DNA from: an uncultured Bacilli bacterium
GTDB lineage: Bacteria > Bacillota_I > Bacilli_A > RF39 > UBA660
Length of the DNA stretch: 64,000 nt
Direction of reading: 5' to 3'
Assembly (NCBI GenBank): GCA_963931065.1
Contig: OZ006970.1
Location: 934,903-998,902 of the forward strand
A program made the translations under genes and the position numbers. Below are positions 31,809-39,984 of the stretch, piece after piece (the stretch's first letter is position 1; each line of letters starts with the position of its first letter). The notes under the pieces were generated by a model. The model did not search any database. It was given only the letters and a program-made list of their open reading frames with translations, and was not told the origin of the DNA.

Positions 31809-32738
31809 ATGGCAGAAAAAACTTTTTTAACTATTGATGAATTGATAACTAATATTAGATTTAAAAATATTAATATAAAAAATGAAGATGATGTTAGAAA
31901 CATTTTAGAAACTAATAATTATTATTTTATCATGGGTTATAAATTTGCATTTAAGAATAACGATGGAACTTATAAAGAAAATACTTCTTTTGAAGATATT
32001 TATTCATTGTATATATTTGATAAGGCGTTAAAATTAATTATTTTAAATCCTATACTTGAAATAGAGCAAAAACTTAAGACTGTATATACAAATAATTATA
32101 GTTTTAGATATGGATTTAAAGTGAGTGATATACTAAATAGTAATAACTACGATTCATCAAATAATTACTTGAATACTATATTATTAAATCTAGATAAACA
32201 ATTAAATGACTTTGGTAATAAAAATAAAGCAGTAATGTTTTATAGAAATAATCACTCATTTATTCCTTTATGGGTATATATGAAAATATTATCATTTGGT
32301 ATGATTCGTGATATGTTTTATGTATCAAAACCAAATGATAAGGACTATATGAAAAACAAATTAACTAGTGAAAATATAAATAGTAGTGAAGTTGCTAATA
32401 TGTTAAGATTACTTGTTAGAGTGAGAAATATTTGTTGTCATGATGATATACTATTATCATTTGTAGATGATAAATTAGGTATAAAAACTACAAAATATCA
32501 TAAAGAATTTAACTTAAAGAAAGATAAAAATAATAATATTATTCAAGGAAAAAAAGATTTGTTTGCTATTTTAATCTCTATAAAGTTTTTTTCTACTCGC
32601 AAGAAGTTTAATACTTTAATAGATAATTTATCAAAATTAATAAATGAGTATGACAAAAAAATTGGTTCATTAAATAGAAAGCAATTATTGTCAATAATGC
32701 ATTTGCCAGAAGATTTTGAAATATTAAAAAAATTATAA
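31809..32738 (+). CDS. Abi_2 family (AbiD/AbiF-like) abortive infection protein
   Basis: 309 aa; 'IPLWVYMKILSFGMIRDMFY' and 'LLVRVRNICCHDDIL' match Abi_2 signature regions; extended -10 TGTTATAAT upstream. Confidence 0.65.
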   Translation: MAEKTFLTIDELITNIRFKNINIKNEDDVRNILETNNYYFIMGYKFAFKNNDGTYKENTSFEDIYSLYIFDKALKLIILNPILEIEQKLKTVYTNNYSFRYGFKVSDILNSNNYDSSNNYLNTILLNLDKQLNDFGNKNKAVMFYRNNHSFIPLWVYMKILSFGMIRDMFYVSKPNDKDYMKNKLTSENINSSEVANMLRLLVRVRNICCHDDILLSFVDDKLGIKTTKYHKEFNLKKDKNNNIIQGKKDLFAILISIKFFSTRKKFNTLIDNLSKLINEYDKKIGSLNRKQLLSIMHLPEDFEILKKL

Positions 32739-32988
32739 ACAAAATATAAATTAATAGCAAAATAAATGTATAATTGATATATTTATTTGCTATATTTTTA
32801 ACTAAAGGAAATGGTAAAAATATAATATATGTTTTAAAATGAATGATTAAATGTGAAAGTTAATCAATTTATTATTTTACCAACTATGGTATAGTATAAA
32901 TGTTAATGGCGATGGTGTGTCTTCGGATCCCATCTATGCAAGTTAGATGCGTCTAGTTTGCTTTTTATTTTTAGTTTTTATGACAAAA

Positions 32989-33032
32989 GTGGTCGAAAAG
33001 TGGTCGAAAAGTGGTCGAAAGGTTGCTGAAAA
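32989..33032 (+). repeat. Tandem 11-bp repeats GTGGTCGAAAA ×3 plus GTTGCTGAAAA; related GTTGCCGAAAA ×2 at 31577..31599
   Basis: Direct visual tandem repeats on both sides of the Abi gene. Confidence 0.7.
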
Positions 33033-33160
33033 GAATTGATAATTTTAAATATAAAGAAAAAAGCATAAGAGATACTATACTTTTTATGTAATAATTTGTA
33101 ATTATTTATTTTAAAGCTTCATTTCATAAAAATGATTATGGTAATGCCTAATAGTATATT

Positions 33161-33598
33161 TTATTTTTTTCTTGGCTTTAAAACTTTAGCAGTGCCTTTA
33201 TTTGTAGTTGCTAAATTTTCTTGTTTTTTTAAACCTAATGTTTGATAAAAGATTTCTTTCATTTTATCAGTACTATCTACTATTTCATTTTCTTTGTAAT
33301 AAGTTATTAGTTTACTGATAGCATCTTCTATTGTATTAAATTCTTCATATTCAAATTTTGATGCTCTATCGATAACATAAAATTTAAAGATGTCATCTGT
33401 TTCTTCTAAACAGATATCACCCAATCCAAAATTAATACTTGGTCCTAAATATGGTAAATATTGTATAGTTAATTCTTTTTTTAATCGTTTATAAATAATA
33501 TCATTATTTTCATTTGTAAAATATTTTCTTTTAGAGTTGTTATTACCAATAGTATTATCAAAAGATTCATTTATTATTTTTTTCATAAAAGCTTTCAT
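33161..33598 (-). CDS. Hypothetical protein
   Basis: 145-aa ORF; no motif recognised. Confidence 0.35.
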   Translation of the reverse strand: MKAFMKKIINESFDNTIGNNNSKRKYFTNENNDIIYKRLKKELTIQYLPYLGPSINFGLGDICLEETDDIFKFYVIDRASKFEYEEFNTIEDAISKLITYYKENEIVDSTDKMKEIFYQTLGLKKQENLATTNKGTAKVLKPRKK

Positions 33599-33799
33599 TC
33601 CTTTCTTCTTTGATATTATATTATAACAGAGATTTCATATTTGTAAACTTTTTATTTTCTGTACTTTTCCGGATAAATTTATGGTTATTTCCAGTTATTT
33701 TAATCAAATTATAAAAGATATAATTGTTAATTTTTTCCAATTGATTAAAACCACTTTTCACGAATAAATGTTCGTGATAAAATAATTATGGTGAGTTAG

Positions 33800-35287
33800 A
33801 TGGAAAAGGTATATTGTTGTATTGATTTAAAGAGTTTTTATGCATCAGTAGAATGTGTTGAAAGAGGACTTAATCCTTTGAAAACTAATCTTGTTGTTGC
33901 CGATAAATCTAGAACAGAAAAGACAATCTGTTTAGCAGTAAGTCCAGCATTGAAGCAGTATGGTATTCCTGGTAGAGCGAGACTTTTTGAAGTGTTAAGT
34001 AAGGTTAAAGAGATCAATAAAATGAGAAGAAAAGCTAATGGCTATAAAAAGTTTAGTGGTAAATCTGTTAATGATGATATTTTAAAGAAAGATAAGACTA
34101 AAGAACTTGATTTAATTATCGCTCCTCCTAGAATGGCTCATTATATTGATTATTCAGCTAAAATATATAATATCTATTTAAAGTACATTGCTAAAGAAGA
34201 TATATTTGTTTACTCTATAGATGAAGTTTTTATGGATTTAACTAATTACTTAAAATATTATAAACTATCTCCTAAAGACTTAATAACTAAAATAATTAAA
34301 GATGTTTATGATACAACTGGTATTACAGCGACTGGGGGAATTGGTACTAACTTATTTCTTGCTAAAGTAGCTATGGATGTAGTTGCAAAACATATTACAC
34401 CTAATGAGTTTGGAGTAAGAGTTGCCGAACTTAACGAAATGTCTTATAGACAGTTGATATGGAGTCATGTGCCTATTACAGATATTTGGAGAGTAGGTAG
34501 GGGTATTTCTAAAAGATTAGAGAAGTATGGTATGTATACAATGGGTGATGTTGCAAGATGTTCTATTAATAATGAAGATTTACTATATAAATTATTTGGT
34601 GTTAATGCCGAACTTCTAATAGACCATGCTTGGGGTTATGAGCCTTGTACAATAGAATCTATAAAAAATTATAAGCCCCTTGCAAAAAGTATAAGTAGTG
34701 GTCAAGTTTTACAGTGTCCATATGATTATAATAAGACAAAGTTAATAGTAAGAGAGATGGCTGATTTACTAGCATTAGATCTTGTTTCAAAAAAATTAGT
34801 AACAGAACAATTAGTCTTAACTATTGGTTATGATATAGATAATATTACTGATGATTATAATGGAGAAATTACAATAGACCATTATGGACGTGCTATACCT
34901 AAGTCTAGCCATGGAACTATTAACTTAGATTATAAAACATCTTCATCTAAAATAATTATTGAAGCGATGATTAAATTATTTGAAAGAATAATAAATCCTA
35001 AACTATTAGTTAGAAGAGTTAATATGTGTGCCACTAAGTTAGCAAGTGAAGAAGATGAAAAAGGTAAAGTAAGATATAGGCAGTTAGATTTATTTTCATC
35101 TTTAGAAGAAAAAGATAATAGGTTAGATTATAATAGAGAAACTTTAAAAGAAGAAAACAATCTTCAAAATGCTATGTTAAAGATAAAGGAGAAGTATGGT
35201 AAAAATGCTATTTTAAAAGGTATGGATTTAGAAGATGGGGCGACGACAATGGATAGAAATAGACAGATAGGAGGACATCATGAATAA
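33800..35287 (+). CDS. Y-family DNA polymerase (UmuC/DinB-like translesion polymerase)
   Basis: 'VYCCIDLKSFYASVECVERGLNP' N-terminal catalytic motif and 'SIDEVFMDLT'. Confidence 0.85.
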   Translation: MEKVYCCIDLKSFYASVECVERGLNPLKTNLVVADKSRTEKTICLAVSPALKQYGIPGRARLFEVLSKVKEINKMRRKANGYKKFSGKSVNDDILKKDKTKELDLIIAPPRMAHYIDYSAKIYNIYLKYIAKEDIFVYSIDEVFMDLTNYLKYYKLSPKDLITKIIKDVYDTTGITATGGIGTNLFLAKVAMDVVAKHITPNEFGVRVAELNEMSYRQLIWSHVPITDIWRVGRGISKRLEKYGMYTMGDVARCSINNEDLLYKLFGVNAELLIDHAWGYEPCTIESIKNYKPLAKSISSGQVLQCPYDYNKTKLIVREMADLLALDLVSKKLVTEQLVLTIGYDIDNITDDYNGEITIDHYGRAIPKSSHGTINLDYKTSSSKIIIEAMIKLFERIINPKLLVRRVNMCATKLASEEDEKGKVRYRQLDLFSSLEEKDNRLDYNRETLKEENNLQNAMLKIKEKYGKNAILKGMDLEDGATTMDRNRQIGGHHE

Positions 35288-35681
35288 TTATGACGATATC
35301 ATAAACATGCCTCATCATGTATCTAAAATAAGAAAGCCTATGTCTTTACAAAATAGGTCAGCACAGTTCGCTCCTTTTTCTGCTTTAACTACTTATGATG
35401 AGAAGGTAAGAGAAGTTGCAAGAGAAACATCTAAAAAAATAGAATTAGATGATGGTATAAAATTAATGCTTAATGAGAAGTTATGCCTTATAAAAAATGA
35501 TATAAAACTAAGACCTAAAGTAACAATTACTTACTTTGTTAGAGATAATAAAAAAGAAAACAGAGGTAGATATAAAACTATAACTGGTAATGCTAAGATA
35601 GTTGATGAAGTGTATAAAAGAATAATTTTAATAGATAATACTATAATATCTTTTGATAATGTAATTGATATTAAGCTTTGA
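35280..35681 (+). CDS. YolD-like protein (UmuD-analogue partner of Y-family polymerases)
   Basis: 133 aa; 'SLQNRSAQFAPFSALT' matches the YolD core motif; translationally coupled to umuC-like gene. Confidence 0.65.
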   Translation: MNNYDDIINMPHHVSKIRKPMSLQNRSAQFAPFSALTTYDEKVREVARETSKKIELDDGIKLMLNEKLCLIKNDIKLRPKVTITYFVRDNKKENRGRYKTITGNAKIVDEVYKRIILIDNTIISFDNVIDIKL

Positions 35682-35783
35682 TTATATTTCTTAAAAATAT
35701 GTATATACTATTATTGTATACTAGTTGACATTTTTAGAAAAAAATAGTATATTTATATCACAGATGAGATTATTCATCTTGGA

Positions 35784-35880
35784 AATGTTTTTCGCTTCTG
35801 GATGGTGCGATTAATAAATGATTCCAGTCGACAATGTTTTTCGCTTCCAGGTGGTGCGACTAATAAATGATCCTGGTTGA
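35784..35880 (+). ncRNA. Two tandem 49-nt repeats each forming a 5-bp stem/20-nt loop hairpin (candidate type III antitoxin-like RNA)
   Basis: Units AATGTTTTTCGCTT-[CTGGA]-TGGTGCGATTAATAAATGAT-[TCCAG]-TCGAC and ...[CCAGG]-TGGTGCGACTAATAAATGAT-[CCTGG]...; upstream sigma-70-like promoter TTGACA(35725)-17-TATATT; downstream terminator. Confidence 0.55.
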
Positions 35881-35886
35881 AAATGT

Positions 35887-35921
35887 TAAAAACTTCATCA
35901 TTTATGGTGAAGTTTTTGTTT
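35887..35921 (+). terminator. Rho-independent terminator between repeat array and toxN-like ORF
   Basis: ACTTCATC...GGTGAAGT hairpin followed by TTTTTGTTTT. Confidence 0.6.
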
Positions 35922-36019
35922 TGCATGTTAAAAAAATAAATTTATATATTGACGAACATAAGTATAATTTAGTATATTTAAATTACATATCATATTTGTT
36001 GTTTGGGGGTGTTTGTAAA

Positions 36020-36487
36020 ATGAAAGTTAAAACTGGATATTTATATCATATTAAAGATGAATACTTTGATGTTGTAAATGATGATAATTTGATGCAAAAT
36101 CATGAAAGAGGAAAGAAACGACCAACATATTTTACAATTAAAGATAAAAATATACTATGGTTTATTCCTATAAGTTCTAAAGTAGAAAAATATCAGAAAA
36201 TAATTGATAAGAAAATAAAAAAATATGGTTTTTGTAATACAATAATGATAAGAAAAATTGCTAGTAGTAATGCTGCTATTTTATTGCAAAATGCTTTTCC
36301 TACCATAGAAAAATATATTGACCATGTGCATACTGTTGATGGAGTACCTTTAAAAGTTCCTACTGACTTACAAGCAGAAATCAAAAGCATGTTTAAAAAT
36401 ATGTTAGGTTTGAAAAAGAGAGGAACTAATTTATTCTTTGCTGATATAGATAGTTTAGTGGAAAAAATGTTAAAAGAAAATAAATAG
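36020..36487 (+). CDS. ToxN/AbiQ-family (type III toxin-antitoxin) endoribonuclease-like protein
   Basis: 155 aa from ATG 36020 (RBS GGGGTG). 'YLYHIKDEYFDVVND...KKRPTYFTI...WFIPISSK' parallels the ToxN/AbiQ N-terminal 'FY.I...Y..YL..FD..V...RPYIGIV...YFAPLSSPK'. Track start 35867 rejected because it overlaps the terminator and promoter. Confidence 0.55.
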   Translation: MKVKTGYLYHIKDEYFDVVNDDNLMQNHERGKKRPTYFTIKDKNILWFIPISSKVEKYQKIIDKKIKKYGFCNTIMIRKIASSNAAILLQNAFPTIEKYIDHVHTVDGVPLKVPTDLQAEIKSMFKNMLGLKKRGTNLFFADIDSLVEKMLKENK

Positions 36488-36546
36488 ATATTATAAGAAT
36501 TGCTAGCCAGTGGATGGCAAATTAAGTTTGTTTCATTATTATATAT

Positions 36547-37176
36547 TTAAAAATATAAGTATTTAAATCCTAGTTCTTTATATACTTCTGATGCTCTAGG
36601 TAGATTTAAAAGATTTGCAAATATTAAATTATAAAGTTCATCAAATAAGAAGATAGCACAGATTGTATAACTTAATATTAAAAAGGCTTTTTTAGGTATT
36701 TTTTTCGCTAGATAAAAACAAAGTGGTACTATTAAATACATTAATAATAAAGCTGATAATCCAAAGACTAAAACACTTCTTAGACATACATAACCATTAA
36801 TATTACCAAAGCTTAATATTTCATTAGTATAATCCCAACACTTTATATGCATGATATGTTCCATAAAGACTCCACCAATATATTCAAGTATTCCAGTAGA
36901 AATCATACTTATAATAAAAACAAATAAAGGATTCTTTCTTTTCTTATAAGTTAAAACATATATCAATATAGCACCCATAGCATAAATATTTATCCATGGT
37001 AAGAAATTACCTCCACGCCAGTATATTTCTTTCGTACCACTATTAAAATAATAGAATACTACTTCGTAGAGCCATCCAAACATTCCTGATATTACTATTA
37101 TTAAACAAAATATTCCTAACATAGTTTTTTTGTCAAAATTATGATCTTTATTTAAATAATCTTTATACTTCTTCAT
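36547..37176 (-). CDS. Polytopic membrane protein
   Basis: Five or six TM helices, no motif recognised. Confidence 0.4.
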   Translation of the reverse strand: MKKYKDYLNKDHNFDKKTMLGIFCLIIVISGMFGWLYEVVFYYFNSGTKEIYWRGGNFLPWINIYAMGAILIYVLTYKKRKNPLFVFIISMISTGILEYIGGVFMEHIMHIKCWDYTNEILSFGNINGYVCLRSVLVFGLSALLLMYLIVPLCFYLAKKIPKKAFLILSYTICAIFLFDELYNLIFANLLNLPRASEVYKELGFKYLYF

Positions 37177-37292
37177 GACTCTTAACTCCTTTAATACTTA
37201 TAGTTTATCAAAAAAATAGTTATCTTTAAATATTTTATCAAGATAATGACATAATTAGACGTTTTACATAAACTATTATTGGAGTTGATTTT

Positions 37293-37901
37293 ATGTATAA
37301 ATTGCCTATATTACCTTATTTATTTCAAGATTTAGAGCCATATATTGATACTCATACAATGGGACTACATTATCATAAACATGAACAGAATTATTTAAAT
37401 AAATTAAATGAATTGTTAGTAAAAAATAATTTTGATTATCGTTATGGTATAAATGAACTATACTATCATCTAGATGAATTTAATGAAAGTGATAGAGTAG
37501 ATATTCTATATAATTTAGGTGGAGTATTAAATCATAACTTATACTTTAAGAGTATGAGTCCTAATAGAGTATTACCAAATGGGAAGTTAAAAGAAGTTAT
37601 AGATAAGAAATATGGAAGTATTGATAAATTCTTTTTAGAGTTTAAAAATAAAGCCATGAGTTTAAAGGGTTCAGGTTATACCTTCTTAGTAGTAACAAGT
37701 GATGGTTCTCTAGATATTATAAATTTATCTAATCAAGAACTACCACAGTCTTTTGGTTATATTCCACTACTAAATATGGATATGTGGGAACATGCTTATT
37801 ATTTAAATTATAAGAATGAAAAAGGAAACTATATAGATAATTTCTTGATAATTGCAGATTTTACTAACGCTAATAAACTTTATAATAGTTTGATGAAGTA
37901 G
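37293..37901 (+). CDS. sodA: Fe/Mn superoxide dismutase
   Basis: 'LPYLFQDLEPYIDTHTMGLHYHKHEQNY' and 'DMWEHAYYL' metal-ligand motifs. Confidence 0.9.
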   Translation: MYKLPILPYLFQDLEPYIDTHTMGLHYHKHEQNYLNKLNELLVKNNFDYRYGINELYYHLDEFNESDRVDILYNLGGVLNHNLYFKSMSPNRVLPNGKLKEVIDKKYGSIDKFFLEFKNKAMSLKGSGYTFLVVTSDGSLDIINLSNQELPQSFGYIPLLNMDMWEHAYYLNYKNEKGNYIDNFLIIADFTNANKLYNSLMK

Positions 37902-37905
37902 GTAA

Positions 37906-37931
37906 TTGAGTGATAATTTAATCACTCTTTT
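37906..37931 (+). terminator. Rho-independent terminator
   Basis: GAGTGAT...ATCACTC hairpin followed by TTTTTT. Confidence 0.6.
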
Positions 37932-38043
37932 TTAGTAAAATATTTTTTTCTGCTAATAATATAAGTGTAAAGTTAATCTCTTTTGTTTGTAAGATGTATT
38001 AAAATAAATTATACTATTATTAAAGATAGAAAGAAGTGATGAT

Positions 38044-39000
38044 ATGCTTTTAGATATAGTTATTTTATTAATAGGCTTTGTAATAATCATTAAATCATCA
38101 GATGTTTTAGTAGATGCTGCTTCATCTTTAGCTTTAAAGTTAAGAGTACCTAAGATGTTAATTGCATTAACAATAGTATCATTTGGTACTTGTGCTCCTG
38201 AAGTTGCTATATCTTTTAGAAGTGTTGCAAATGGTGATGGAGTTATGGCTTTTGCAAATGTTGTAGGTAGCTCGATTGTAAATGTTTTCTTAATTATAGG
38301 ACTTGCTAGTTTCTTAAGACCTATTAAAGTAAGACATGCTACTGTTAAAAAAGAATTACCATTACTTTTTATTGTTACAACAGCTTTTTCTTTCTTAATG
38401 CTTGATGCAGTATTTAATCCAATAACTTCAAATACTTTTTCAAGAAATGATAGTTTTATTTTAATTTTATTATTTTGTATGTTTGTTCTTTATTTAGTAG
38501 GAATGTTATTTAAAAAGAATAGAAAAGATGATGAACAAGTAATAAGTAAGTATTCTGCTATTATGTCTTGTCTACTTTTAGTTGTTACAATTATCTTAAT
38601 AGTTTATAGTAGTGAGATGATTGTAGACTCTGCTAAAGCGATTGCCAGTGGACTAAATATAAGTGAGAAAGCAATTACAATGACTGCTATCGTAATAGGT
38701 ACAAGTTTACCTGAGATGATTATGACAGTAACAAGTGCTAGAAAAGGTGAGTTTGATATGGCTATTGGAAATATTATTGGTACTAATATCTTTAATATTT
38801 GTATAGTTTTAGGGCTTCCTATTCTTATATATGGTGATATTGTCTTAAAAGGTTTTAGTTTTATTGATATACTTGTTGTATTCCTATCTTCATTTCTTTT
38901 GTTTGTCTTTGCAAGAAGTGAAAGAGAAGTTAGTAAAAAAGAAGGAACTATTATGTTAATAGTGTTTGTTCTTTATTATGTATATATGTTATTCTTTTAA
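38044..39000 (+). CDS. CaCA family Na+/Ca2+ antiporter (YrbG-like)
   Basis: Duplicated alpha-repeat motifs 'GTCAPEVAISF' and 'GTSLPEMIMTV'. Confidence 0.85.
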   Translation: MLLDIVILLIGFVIIIKSSDVLVDAASSLALKLRVPKMLIALTIVSFGTCAPEVAISFRSVANGDGVMAFANVVGSSIVNVFLIIGLASFLRPIKVRHATVKKELPLLFIVTTAFSFLMLDAVFNPITSNTFSRNDSFILILLFCMFVLYLVGMLFKKNRKDDEQVISKYSAIMSCLLLVVTIILIVYSSEMIVDSAKAIASGLNISEKAITMTAIVIGTSLPEMIMTVTSARKGEFDMAIGNIIGTNIFNICIVLGLPILIYGDIVLKGFSFIDILVVFLSSFLLFVFARSEREVSKKEGTIMLIVFVLYYVYMLFF

Positions 39001-39002
39001 TA

Positions 39003-39130
39003 AGAAGTACAAGTGAACAAGTAAGTGAACAAGTAAGTGAACAAGTTAGTGGACAACAAAATACCATATATAATGGGAAAAGTGATGCAGTTAGTGATAC
39101 ACAAAGTGGACAACAAACTGGACAACAAAA
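39003..39130 (+). repeat. Tandem repeats: AGTGAACAAGTA ×3 (12 bp) followed by GGACAACAAA-type repeats
   Basis: Direct visual repeat; the in-frame 5′ extension has no start codon, so most likely non-coding. Confidence 0.6.
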
Positions 39131-39155
39131 TAGTGATTTAAAAAAATATAAATTA

Positions 39156-39350
39156 ATGATTTTAGAGTTTTGTACTAAGCCAAGGACTGCTAAAGAAATA
39201 AGTAATTATATTAAAATAAAGTCAAGACAATATATTTCCTCTAATTTTATTAAGCCTTTAATTGATGAAGGAAAATTAGAATATACTAATAAAAAAAGTA
39301 TTAATGCTAGAAATCAGAAATATGTAACTGTTAGAGATAATAAAAAATAG
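39156..39350 (+). CDS. Small winged-helix-like hypothetical protein
   Basis: 64-aa ORF; no motif recognised. Confidence 0.3.
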   Translation: MILEFCTKPRTAKEISNYIKIKSRQYISSNFIKPLIDEGKLEYTNKKSINARNQKYVTVRDNKK

Positions 39351-39366
39351 GAAGTGTAATAATTAT

Positions 39367-39939
39367 ATGAGTACAAAGTATTTAAAAGTTATGTTTGATG
39401 ATATTAGTGGTGCTAATAATAATTTAAAATATAAAATTGATGAAGTGAATATTGCAAAAAACTTTAATCCTAATGTTAATAATCCTAGAGAAACGGGTGG
39501 GTTTAACTTCTCGACTGAAGATAAAATATTTAGATGGTTAGTTAGAGGAGATACTTTATATGATGTAATAATACCAGAGGATGCAGAGATTATTAATGTT
39601 TCGAGTAACTCTGCTCCTAATGGTGTATTTAGGACTAATAAAATAATTTTAACTAATAAAAGAAAAATGACGGATGAAATGGCAATGTATTTCTATAAGA
39701 AATCTAACTTGCCAGAAAAATCATATTATAAAGCTTTAGCAGGTATTATGGTAAGAGGTTATAAAAATACTTGTTTACAATTGATTAGGGATAAAGTTAA
39801 TAAGGATAATATAGATTTAGTATTAAAAGAAATCAATGATTTTGTAGGACCTAATATGAGTAAAGAAAAAGATAATAGTCATAAAGTCTTTTATGAAGTT
39901 ATGGATGTTTTAAATAAAATAAAAGTGTCAAATGAGTGA
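39367..39939 (+). CDS. Hypothetical protein
   Basis: 190-aa ORF with start 16 nt after the upstream stop. Confidence 0.35.
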   Translation: MSTKYLKVMFDDISGANNNLKYKIDEVNIAKNFNPNVNNPRETGGFNFSTEDKIFRWLVRGDTLYDVIIPEDAEIINVSSNSAPNGVFRTNKIILTNKRKMTDEMAMYFYKKSNLPEKSYYKALAGIMVRGYKNTCLQLIRDKVNKDNIDLVLKEINDFVGPNMSKEKDNSHKVFYEVMDVLNKIKVSNE

Positions 39940-39984
39940 CAATCTCTTTAAATTATTCTTTAGTTTTGTTATACTGAAGTAGTA

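Noticed and set aside
35784-35880. The 49-nt direct repeats as a possible CRISPR array
   Set aside because: There are only two units per locus, directly abutting with no unique spacers. There are no cas genes. The units are hairpins with a 20-nt loop rather than CRISPR-type repeats.
35867-36019. 5′ extension of the ToxN-like ORF to the track's start at 35867
   Set aside because: The extension runs through the intrinsic terminator and the putative promoter. A proper RBS (GGGGTG) precedes the internal ATG at 36020, and the extension adds no ToxN-like sequence.
39003-39155. Treating the SEQV/GQQ repeat region as the N-terminus of the 39156 ORF
   Set aside because: There is no ATG, GTG or TTG start in frame upstream of 39156 before the repeats, so the repeats are better treated as non-coding.
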